Shown in pieces: positions 35,315 through 45,087 of a stretch of 64,000 bases of DNA. The DNA is from Minutocellus sp. GHC0000111 (Eukaryota). Each line of letters starts with the position of its first letter. Within the stretch, counting starts at the first letter, position 1. The stretch lies in assembly GCA_977018835.1 (NCBI GenBank), contig OZ361258.1:806001-870000 (forward strand), given 5' to 3'. A program made the translations under genes and the position numbers. The notes under the pieces were generated by a model. The model was not told the origin of the DNA and did no database searches. It worked only from the letters and a program-made list of their open reading frames with translations.

Positions 35315-37396
35315 CTACATCACTATATCCCCCCTTTCGACAGGCTTCCACAGGCCGAGCTTCCTGGCTCGTTCCGTCTTGTGGCATTTCTTAGCCTCAC
35401 TACACCAATTATTGTGAAATGCAATCAAATCGGCGCCATGAATCACATTCGGCCCCAAGCAAGTCTTAATCTTTTTGCTGAGAACATGCCGTCCGGCAGG
35501 GAAAAGTTGCCGAGGCAGCAGTTTATGCCTCAAACCCAAGGAAGCTGTAGCGTTTCGAACTGCGTCATTGAATAATCTCTGGTTGGATCCGGCCTCCTCT
35601 TGTGACTCCAATAGACCTCGCCATAATTCTAATGTTGCAATCATTCTTGACGTAGGCCTCATTGCTAAAAAGCCGCTGTTGAATGGACCCGTCACGTAGC
35701 TCGATGCATCCTGACCCCATAAATCAAAGTTGCCGCAAAAAAAGGTGCGTGGATCACCCAGCACCATCACGTCTAGATCCACAAATAGCAGTATTTCCCT
35801 TTCCTTCTTGGCCAGATTTATTTCTTCAACGAGGACACTGCCCCGACGACTCACAAGCTGGCCAAAGCCACTCTTCTCCTCCGAATAAGAAAATCGACCG
35901 CCTCCGCTCAATGATGCGTCATTCCATTTCGTTTGGCCCACCTCCCAACTTTTTTTAACCTCCATTTTACTTGAATTGGAATATGCGTTGAACATGTTTT
36001 CATCCTCCGCATACAATACGACTCGAGTCCTTTCATCTAGCAGACCAGCATCACTGCTGTGGGCAAACCAGTTCAAAAAGTCTCCCTCGTATGCCATGTT
36101 GGCGCTCAAGACAATCCGCAATCGGTTCGTTTCGGCTTCGTCTAGGCACTCTTCGAAGGTTTTCGCTGTCTCATTGAAATAGTCGACCACAGCTTCATAG
36201 GTTTCATCAGATTTGAACAAAGGCCTTTGATCGCAGAATCGACCTTCCGAGTCTTTGAGCAGTGTAAAGATATCATTGGCGCTTGGTCGATGCCCGCCAA
36301 GAAGCCTCGCCGATGTGGTAATGTTCACAGCTGCAACCATTGCCCGAACAAATCGATCCTTGGATTCAAGATCAGCCTCTGGTATTGTGGGTTGTCTGGT
36401 CTGCGGATATAAGCCTGTAGCTATGTTGTATATCGCCAGACCAAGACCATGCATATCCTCCTGAGCCGTCGAATTATTATTTTTCGTAACCAATCGTGCA
36501 AAGTCGAAATCTCCGATTCTAACCTTGGTCCCAATGATTGAAAATGAATCTGGTGTTATTCCGCCATGAACAATGGTCGCGAATTCTTCAAGATTGTCGA
36601 TGGTACTATTGTGCAGCTCTGCCACCGCCCGTGCCATATTTTTGGCAACAGCAATTCTTTTTTCTGTGGTATACGTGGAAAGGTCGTATTCCAGCAATGA
36701 CGGCCTTTGGATTGTGTCCTCAAGCGGATGCATCGTCGCCATTCCGCAGTGATTGTAAATTTTCACTATTCTTTTCGAGGATAAGAGCTGTTCGGATATA
36801 GCAGCATCCATCCCTCGCCGGTGATATGTTGCCATGTCAAAATTTTGGCGCCAGTGTAGCGTTTTGATTGCCATTTCCTTCTTATCAAATTCCTTCCTCG
36901 TTCGTTTCCAGCGGAGGGGTCCATGCTGATCGGGACTACTCCTAATCGTCTGAACGTCATCTGGCAGGGCAATGATACTCTTGCTATTCATATCAAGCTC
37001 ATGCACGATGTTGCATGTCGGATGAGTCGGTAATAATGGCAATGATAGTGATAGTGACTGTCCATCTGCAACATTTGTGTGTGTGCCACTTTCTATCTCC
37101 ACTGATCGACGGCTCTGACCGACTTCAAGTCTTCGCCGTTTCCTACCAGCCACCAATGGTCTGGCAATCCCATCTTCTGCGACATAAGCCACTCGACTTG
37201 GAAATGTTCTGTCAGTTTTTACTCTCGTTGCTTCTGCACGCCTCTGGGTGCCAAGTCGGATGGATTTGCCAACGACATCGTCGTGATGGTCAAATGTGGT
37301 GTGGATGGCGCTGCGCTGGAGAGTGAGCGCAGAGAACGCCACCAACGCGAACAGCAGGTTGGTCGGCGCTGGGATCAAGGCGCTGGTGAGCATCAT
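35315..37396 (-). CDS. Type II membrane protein: kinase-like domain fused to nucleotide-diphospho-sugar transferase (GT77-like)
   Basis: N-terminal TM; MAIKTL, ARAVAELH, IVHGGITP, IGDFDFARL, DMHGLG; then LFVDLDV (DxD), FNSGF...RPT, NQ..FN, LP..LFP.G, HNNW...K..R....GLW. Confidence 0.75.
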   Translation of the reverse strand: MMLTSALIPAPTNLLFALVAFSALTLQRSAIHTTFDHHDDVVGKSIRLGTQRRAEATRVKTDRTFPSRVAYVAEDGIARPLVAGRKRRRLEVGQSRRSVEIESGTHTNVADGQSLSLSLPLLPTHPTCNIVHELDMNSKSIIALPDDVQTIRSSPDQHGPLRWKRTRKEFDKKEMAIKTLHWRQNFDMATYHRRGMDAAISEQLLSSKRIVKIYNHCGMATMHPLEDTIQRPSLLEYDLSTYTTEKRIAVAKNMARAVAELHNSTIDNLEEFATIVHGGITPDSFSIIGTKVRIGDFDFARLVTKNNNSTAQEDMHGLGLAIYNIATGLYPQTRQPTIPEADLESKDRFVRAMVAAVNITTSARLLGGHRPSANDIFTLLKDSEGRFCDQRPLFKSDETYEAVVDYFNETAKTFEECLDEAETNRLRIVLSANMAYEGDFLNWFAHSSDAGLLDERTRVVLYAEDENMFNAYSNSSKMEVKKSWEVGQTKWNDASLSGGGRFSYSEEKSGFGQLVSRRGSVLVEEINLAKKEREILLFVDLDVMVLGDPRTFFCGNFDLWGQDASSYVTGPFNSGFLAMRPTSRMIATLELWRGLLESQEEAGSNQRLFNDAVRNATASLGLRHKLLPRQLFPAGRHVLSKKIKTCLGPNVIHGADLIAFHNNWCSEAKKCHKTERARKLGLWKPVERGDIVM

Positions 37397-37815
37397 CGTA
37401 GTAGCTGCAGTGCCGCCTGTGGTTCTCTACAATCCAAGAAAATGTTTTGGCACACATCTATCTGGTCGCTCGCGACATCATCGGCGAATCGAACCAATCT
37501 TTCCCAACATCGCCGATAAAAGTAATACAGCCACTAACATTTCTACAGCTAGTGCTTTTATCTCTGATGCCACGTCTTTTTTTTCTCCATGACCTCACAT
37601 CGTAAGAATTTGCAAAGTGCGCGTCCTTGACACCTCCGGCATCACCCCTTGGCGCATTTTTCTTCTTTGGATACGGCACATCACATGTTTGGATTCTTTG
37701 ACAGATCGGATCTTTTTGAGCGCTCATAAATTGTTCTGATTCTGCTTCATCGATAGACCAGAACGAATCTTTACGCGTTTCTATCTGTACCCACTCACCC
37801 TCTCTGCTCCTCATC

Positions 37816-40283
37816 ATGGTTCGATTCGGCCCCGCAGCATCGACGCTCCAAAAGGCGGCGACCTACTCCTCTGCGCGTCGAAAAATCGGAACCGTCACGT
37901 GCCAATGTGTTGCCGCCCGTCAGTTGACATCATCGACTTCCCCATCAACATCATGGAATGCACAACGGCGTCACCTATCATTGGATTCTTTGGCAGCATC
38001 GTCCCTGCAAGATCGAGGCATTATGGATTCCCACGACCTGCTGCAATTCAACACGCTGCACGAACTGCAGAAGAACAGCTCCGAGGCATTTGGGACCAAT
38101 CCCCTCTTCGGAACGCACAATGGAAAGGAGGAGGGGGGAGAATTCGAATGGATGACGTACGAGGAGTGGGGCCGCAAGGTTGATGCCTGCCGGACCGTCC
38201 TCAAGGACACGTGCGGTGAGTGCCGAGTGCTGGCCGGCTTGGTGCTGATGGAGAGATTCGATTCTCTTTTTCTCATCGAGCATGACACATCACATGACGC
38301 TGATTGATGGATATTATTGATATCTTTGATGATTGACCGATGGCGATTCTTGCATCGCCAAATGTCTTGCTTTGCACCGTTTCCATTTGTTCTCTCATTT
38401 GTTCCACTTCATTCATCTCCGCCATGATCCTCACTTACATGAACAGGCGTCCAGGAATTCTCCAAGATCGGCATTATTTCCAACAACCGATGGGAGTGGG
38501 CGACCATTGCCGCGGCCGCATACTCGCTCAATGCCACCCTCGTCCCCATGTACGAAGCCCAGCTACCCAAGGACTGGGCCTACATCCTCAACGATTCCGA
38601 GAGCTGCACCGTGTTCTGCGCGACGCAGGACATCTACGACCGTGCCCAACGGGAGGTCCTGCCCAGCACTCCCAGCGTCAAGGCCATGCTCTGTCTCGAT
38701 GCCGCCGAGGGTGAGCCTCATGCCTTTGCCACCGCCATGGCAGCTGCCGAGAAGGAAGGCAGTGCACAGACCGCCATCCTGGCGCCAACTCCCGAGGATC
38801 TTGCCAACTTGGTCTACACCTCGGGTACGACCGGCAAGCCCAAGGGCGTCGAACTGCTCCATTCCAACTCGGTCAGCAACGTGTATGGCGTCCGTCACAT
38901 GGTTGACGACCCCCACGACTTTGTTCGTCAGACCGATCGCTCCCTAGCGTTTTTGCCATGGGCCCACTCCTACGGCCAAACCTGCGAGCTTTGGTGCGCC
39001 ATCGCTCACGGTGCCAGTATGGGCGTCGGACGCGGAGTTCCCTTCATCCTGGAGGATCTGGCCATGGTCAAGCCCACGACACTTTTCGCTGTCCCGACGC
39101 TGTACAAGCGCATCTACGACGGTGTGCACAATATGATGGAAAGTTCCAGCGGAACTCGCAAGAAGTTGATCCAAAAGGCGTTGGAGCTTGGCCACAAGAA
39201 GGCCGAGGCGAAGAAGGGTAACGGTCCCGAGCTTGGCTTTTTGGAGAATCTCCAGGCCAGCGTCCTGGATTCCGTCGTCCTCAACAAGATTCGCGATCGC
39301 TTCGGTGGCAATATGAGACATGGTTTTGTGGCCGGCGCCGCCTGTCCCAAGGAGATCATCGACTTTATGGATGATATCGGCATCCCCATCTGCGAAGGTT
39401 ATGGCCTTACCGAAACATCGCCCATCATTACCCTCAACACCCCTTACGACCGTCAGCCCGGCAGCTGCGGTCGACCTCTCGATGGCGTCGATGGCGTCAT
39501 TATGGGCGAAGATGGAGAGCCCGCTTCTCCTGGCGAGGAAGGAGAGATCTGTTGCTACGGTCCGAATGTCATGAGAGGCTACTACAAGAATCCCGACGCC
39601 ACAGCTGAAGTCATTACACTCGCCCCCGACGGCAAGTCGAGGCTGTGAGTGCGCGAAGAAGACAATACTGCATTTTTGCCGTTATCATTACTGCTGGGAA
39701 ATGTACCCTGGTTGCTCACACATGGTCTTTTCTCAATTTTTGTTTTCAATACAGTTTTCACACAGGTGACCTTGGACGGATGAGTGAGGATGGTTGGGTG
39801 AGAATTACCGGTCGTCTCAAGGAGCAGTACAAGCTCGAGAACGGCAAGTATGTGTGTCCGACGCCCATTGAGGAGGCCATTGGAATGAGCCGATTTGTCA
39901 GCCAAATTGTCCTTTGTGGTGCGAACCGGCCACATAATGTCGCCTTGATCGTTCCCGATTGGGCTGCTATCCGAACCGAGATTAGTGCTGATGAGGATGT
40001 ATCTGAGGAGGATCTCGCCAACGATGATCGCGTTCGAGAGCTAATCCATTCTGAAATCAAATCCAACACGTCCGGCCTGAAGAAGTTTGAGGTCCCCCTG
40101 GACTTTACCTTTGTCGCTCCCTTCACCGCCGCGAACAATATGCTCACTCCCAAGATGAGTATCCGCCGTCACATGGTCATTCGCGCCTACGAAGACGAAA
40201 TAGCCCACATGTATGGCGATGAGGAGATTGTGGACCACCTCGAGCCTGCCGATGGTGCCCATCACGAGAAGGAGGCAGCGTAG
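37816..40283 (+). CDS. Long-chain acyl-CoA synthetase, probably mitochondrial; exons 37816-38215, 38447-39644, 39755-40283
   Basis: YTSGTTGKPKGV, EGYGLTETSP, FHTGDLG, ITGRLKEQYKLENGKYVCP; two in-frame GT-AG introns. Confidence 0.92.
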
Positions 40284-40576
40284 GCAAGACGAGCGAAGAC
40301 GAGCTAGCTACGCAGATTTTTGTTGGCATATCGCGCCGACTGTTTCTATTTATTTTTCCATGCATCATTTACAGAACGAAAAAATGTAATTGTACTGAAT
40401 AGACTCATTTGACTACCATAACTAGTAGGTTTCTGTTACTATTATCAATTGGCAGTAGGATGGATGTGAAGTGGAAGTTGGAGGAGGCCATGACGTAGCC
40501 AAGCAGCTAGCTACGTAGCTAGGGTAGCCGAGAAGGCCAAGGCAGCAATAGAGATTGAAGAATAGTTTTTTATGTA

Positions 40577-43060
40577 CTACGACACAACACACTGGCATTG
40601 GGTCGCAACAACAGTGAAAGATGATTTACTCGAAGCCGACGCTGATGCCGACGCCAATGCTGAAGATGGTGAAGTTTCTGCATCCCTCCATACTGCATCG
40701 GCTGCCTTTTGCAGCTCCGAGGTGAGAGGGGACACACTGGTGGATTCCTTTCTAATCTCGCAACTTCCGTCCGAGGCAAAAGAAGGCTGGCCGCCAATAT
40801 TGTTGTGTCGAGCTGGTAGAGAATAGCGTGCCATTGGTGTCGTCACCATCAAGGTGGTTGTACTGCCGGTGGTGTTCCCACCCATCTCTTCGACAGGACT
40901 CAAGAGGTCAACATTTGACATTCTCTTGCGACGTCTCATTGATTTGGTAGATGTCGGCCTACCTCTTCGATTGGCACTGGAAAAGCCAAAGACTTGAATC
41001 TTTGACGATGGAGATAGACAAGCGTTGCCTTCATTCTCTTGTTTTGTATCCAGAACGCTGCTTCGATCGAAGTTGGCCGCTTCCGACCGAAGTTTTCTCT
41101 GATAAGAGGCTTGCAAGCGCTTTGCTGGCGATTGGGAAGAAGCAGCGGGTGGAGGGTACGTGTTGCATCCCCAGTTCGATTTCGAGGAAGGAATTGCAGC
41201 CGTAATAGCAGCGGCGGTAATCCTAGGAGCACTCGATGAAGTGGAATGGCCCAAAATATGACCATACCGCTCCCGATCCTGAATTTTGCACAGGGCGGTG
41301 ACAGCCACTGGCTCATGAGCAAGGAAGTCGGCAGTGCGAGGAGATATTTCGGAAACGCTTTGGACGACGTGTGCAGGAAGTTTCTTGCGAGTCCGACTGC
41401 TGCCCATATCGAGAAGTGGCGTGAGATTAGGATCGTATTGGCTTCCAGGTGGTGGGAGCGATCGCGGAGACCCGGACCTATCGCGAGGTGGGTGGCGAGG
41501 AGCGGTTACACAATTACTGATCTTGCTGTCATTTGCGATTAGCTCGGGGAAACTGACTGTGCGGCGGTGCTGATAAGAGTGACGATCTCTCCCGGTTCTT
41601 GCAGAGGCCATCGACAATGCTCCTCGTCCATCGTCGCTCCTGGTACTCTTTCTGGCAGATTGGCTGGTAGATCTGTGACCTCGTTGGTTTTGGCGGTCCT
41701 GCACATGAACACTGCGACCTCGGTCAATGCCGCTCTCCATCGCCCCTATTTGCCGAAGATCTGATCCAGTATCCTCGTGGATACCAGCTGCAGCTCCATC
41801 GCACCAATTGTTTGATCGCAGAAGAAGTGGTGTGCGATTACTTCCTGTGGAAGCTGCGGTACCAGTACCACTACCTGTAGTGGCGGTTTCCCTGCTGCTC
41901 TCAGCACTCCCGCTGTTACTGATGCCATTGCGCAAGATGCTTCGAATGCTACTCTGACTCGAAGCGGATGAGAGAGACGACGGATAACGTCGATGAGTCG
42001 GCGCCGTTCTCATTGACGACTGCTGCTGCGTTAGTGAGTGAGGACCTCCATCATTCTGGAGAAGCGATGATCCATTGACTTCCACCTTCTCCCCGCCGCT
42101 GCTGCTCTCGTAGCCCACGCAATGGTTATCAGTAGTGCCAACTACCCCGAAGCCTGGCTGTGAAAGCATCCATGGCAGGTCCTCGTCGTTATCGTCAAGA
42201 TCGATCATCATTGTGATGGGCGGGACCACCTCCCACGCTTGCTCTCTCGAACTGTCAGCGCTGCGACTGAATTTGGAGAGCAAATTCTTGCCGGTGGATG
42301 TCCGATGATGATGATGGTGGTGTCGTTGAAAGTAATGGCTCCTCTCCTCATTCGTTTGGAGCAGGGACATGCTCGATTCCACATCATCCTCCAAGGGCGA
42401 TGCCGAGGAAGATGGCGGGAGCGATGCCGTTTGGGTCGGGTAGGTGTAGTGACTGTCGGCGTCGTTGATACTAGCATGCTGGTGGTGGTAGATGACGGAG
42501 TCGTCCAGACACGGTTCATCCGCCCGGCGTTGCTGGTCCAATAGCATCGACTGGAATTGGTCGTTGTCATCATCTTCCCTATCGGCGCCGCTATTGTTGC
42601 CATATCGATGTGTGAAGCTGTTGCTCCTCGTGCTGCTGGCGATGAACCCCTCCTCGTAGTGTCCACCGCCAGTGGTACGATGACGAGGGTTCTGGTTCAT
42701 GTAGGTCTCTTGACCTTTGTTGTTGTTGCAGTAGTCCTCGTCATCGTCGTCACTATCATTGTCGCAATCCGTCGAGAGCAGGTGCGGTATGGTGCTGCCT
42801 ACGGGTGACGCATGGAACGAGAGATTGGCATCATCTTCGTCGCGAGCGCCATTGCCATTGCCATTCTTCTTCTTCTTCGATGACGACGATCCTCCTCCTC
42901 CTCCTCCAGACGTTGAGGCTGAAGCCGTGGCCGAAACCGAGGCGGTGGAAGCGGTAATGCTCGAGTTGGCAGCCGAAGCGTACGAGGGGGACAGCACCAG
43001 CTCCATGGACGATAGCGAGAGCGATGGTTTGTGACGGGGCGCCGATTGGTGTTGCATCAT
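40577..43060 (-). CDS. Large low-complexity hypothetical protein ending in a CaaX box (CQCVVS)
   Basis: Uninterrupted ORF of ~830 aa, Ser/Asp/His-rich; ATG at 43060. Confidence 0.65.
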   Translation of the reverse strand: MMQHQSAPRHKPSLSLSSMELVLSPSYASAANSSITASTASVSATASASTSGGGGGGSSSSKKKKNGNGNGARDEDDANLSFHASPVGSTIPHLLSTDCDNDSDDDDEDYCNNNKGQETYMNQNPRHRTTGGGHYEEGFIASSTRSNSFTHRYGNNSGADREDDDNDQFQSMLLDQQRRADEPCLDDSVIYHHQHASINDADSHYTYPTQTASLPPSSSASPLEDDVESSMSLLQTNEERSHYFQRHHHHHHRTSTGKNLLSKFSRSADSSREQAWEVVPPITMMIDLDDNDEDLPWMLSQPGFGVVGTTDNHCVGYESSSGGEKVEVNGSSLLQNDGGPHSLTQQQSSMRTAPTHRRYPSSLSSASSQSSIRSILRNGISNSGSAESSRETATTGSGTGTAASTGSNRTPLLLRSNNWCDGAAAGIHEDTGSDLRQIGAMESGIDRGRSVHVQDRQNQRGHRSTSQSARKSTRSDDGRGALSMASARTGRDRHSYQHRRTVSFPELIANDSKISNCVTAPRHPPRDRSGSPRSLPPPGSQYDPNLTPLLDMGSSRTRKKLPAHVVQSVSEISPRTADFLAHEPVAVTALCKIQDRERYGHILGHSTSSSAPRITAAAITAAIPSSKSNWGCNTYPPPAASSQSPAKRLQASYQRKLRSEAANFDRSSVLDTKQENEGNACLSPSSKIQVFGFSSANRRGRPTSTKSMRRRKRMSNVDLLSPVEEMGGNTTGSTTTLMVTTPMARYSLPARHNNIGGQPSFASDGSCEIRKESTSVSPLTSELQKAADAVWRDAETSPSSALASASASASSKSSFTVVATQCQCVVS

Positions 43061-43848
43061 GATGGACCGGGCAACTTCCTTTGGTACAGTGGGTTGGATC
43101 AATTGTAGCGTCAGCCGTGCGCGAAATTATTTGAACTTTTTGAACGAGGAGGCGGTGCGGGGCAATATGCAGCGAGAGGGTCAAATCGAATTAAACGCAC
43201 TTGACAGCCCGATGGCAGCGCAGCCTCTACGATTTGAATGGAATCGAGATGCAGTGAAGCCTCCGCCACCGTGGAAGGCTTCACGCTCCAGCCGAGCTAG
43301 CCTACCTCGCTTCGAGCGTGGAGCAAAGTAGCAAAAATGAGCTATCGCCGCCCCTCTGCCGCAGTGGCATCGAAGCGAAGTCAGTAGCCTCGAGGCCACA
43401 ACCAGACGCCACTCTCGCTGAATATTCCACGGCCGTTACTTTGTCCAGCGAGAGCAAAAGCTGGATGCATGTGCATCGCCTTGGTGCTTGTTGTATGTGG
43501 ATGGACTTTCAGGAGAAGTCGGCGTCAGCCACTGAAGTGAGCGCAGCTGCTGCCTCATCATTTTCAGTTTTGAAAAAGGAGCAGCTTTGAGTGATGAAAT
43601 AGCCCAAACCAGCCAAATGTAGCAAATCGCATCAGGTGCTCAAAACGGCACCATGTCCTCTGCACTTCCCTCCTCCCCGTCTCCACCCAACCTCTATTCG
43701 ATTTGCTCATTCATGTCGCCGTATCTTTCGCCGAAGCGAAGGGCGCGGCGCGCGGCGCGCGTCGAGCAAAGATCTGCTCGGTCTGGCCGTCGCTCGCTTG
43801 TCGTAGAGCAAGAGCGCGGGCACAGCCACCTCGCACCACCTCACGAAA

Positions 43849-43911
43849 TGCAGACCTGCAGACCATACCGACCATAGCGCGGGCAGAACCTGCAGACCTG
43901 CAGACCATACC
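43849..43911. repeat. 21-bp direct repeat TGCAGACCTGCAGACCATACC, two copies, just upstream of the NnrU gene
   Basis: Copies at 43849-43869 and 43891-43911. Confidence 0.9.
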
Positions 43912-43961
43912 ATCAATTGAGGACGAACACATACTAGCTAGCTAGTAGTACGCCTGACAGG

Positions 43962-44975
43962 ATGGCATCCAATGCGGCTTCAGCGGCGGCGGCAGCGGCC
44001 AAAAGGTCGGCAGCAACTGCAGCAGCTGCCTCCGTTGCTTCCACTACTGCCACTACAACGTCCGCCACAACCTCATCCTCGGCATTGAAGTGGGCAGCCG
44101 GCGGGTGGTCGCTCTTCATCGCCGAAAATCTCATCCTGTCCGAGAATCGCACCTACCTGATCGACCAGCTCGGTGACGACGGGTACCACGGCCTCTACGG
44201 CACCCTCAGCACCATTGCCATGGGCAGCGTCGCGTATGGCTACCGATACAAGGTCCGTGGACAGGGCCCGTTTGCGTTCAACCCAGCTGCCGGTGGACGG
44301 GCGGGACCGACATCATTGGCCGCGAGTTTCGCTCTCCAGGCGCTGGCCCTCGGCATGGTCAGCCAGAGTGCTCCCAAGTTGCAGATACCGGTCCACTTGG
44401 TCGATGGCAGTGGCAGCGCCGATGCTGCTTCTGCGGCGAAGGCTGCTGCAGGTCCGGCGGCACCAACAGCGCCGGCATCGGGCGGCAGTGGATCGCAGTG
44501 GAAGATACGATGTCCGTTCGATTTCAGTGATTCCAAGTCGCAAACGGGCGTTCCAAAGGGTACAAAGCAGCAAGCCGATCAGCTCGCTGGCCTCGACCGC
44601 ATCACGCGTCATCCAGGGCTGTGGTCGTTTGGATTGCTTGGACTTGGCAATGCCCTGCTCGTTCCCTCCATACCCACAAGAATTTGGTTGTCGATGCCCG
44701 CCATGGTGGCCCTGATTGGTGGGGCGCATACCGATTCCAGACACCGACGGGGCATGGGCGGAGAACTGTGCAAGGAGGTCGACGAGGTCACGTCCAACGT
44801 GCCGTTCTTGGCCATGATCATGGGCCGTCAAGAAGGTGGGGTGATGCAATCCTTCCAGGCTCTGGGCGATGAAGTGAAGGTCCTCAATGCCGCCCTGGCT
44901 GCTGGTGGAGCTGCTCTGTGGGTCGCAAGAAGGGGACGAGGCGGTGGCGCAGCGATCAGGCCTGTTGCACGATGA
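43962..44975 (+). CDS. NnrU-family membrane protein
   Basis: R..LI..LG...Y..LY..LS, RITRHP.LW.FGL, AHTD.R, TSNVPFLA. Confidence 0.75.
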   Translation: MASNAASAAAAAAKRSAATAAAASVASTTATTTSATTSSSALKWAAGGWSLFIAENLILSENRTYLIDQLGDDGYHGLYGTLSTIAMGSVAYGYRYKVRGQGPFAFNPAAGGRAGPTSLAASFALQALALGMVSQSAPKLQIPVHLVDGSGSADAASAAKAAAGPAAPTAPASGGSGSQWKIRCPFDFSDSKSQTGVPKGTKQQADQLAGLDRITRHPGLWSFGLLGLGNALLVPSIPTRIWLSMPAMVALIGGAHTDSRHRRGMGGELCKEVDEVTSNVPFLAMIMGRQEGGVMQSFQALGDEVKVLNAALAAGGAALWVARRGRGGGAAIRPVAR

Positions 44976-45087
44976 GTGTTCTCACGTGCTGAATGGTGTG
45001 GAAATACATAGACCGCATAGACTTGACTAGATCTAAGAACATAGAGGCTGAGAAGAGTAGATGCTTATTGCATGCAAACGTATCCTA

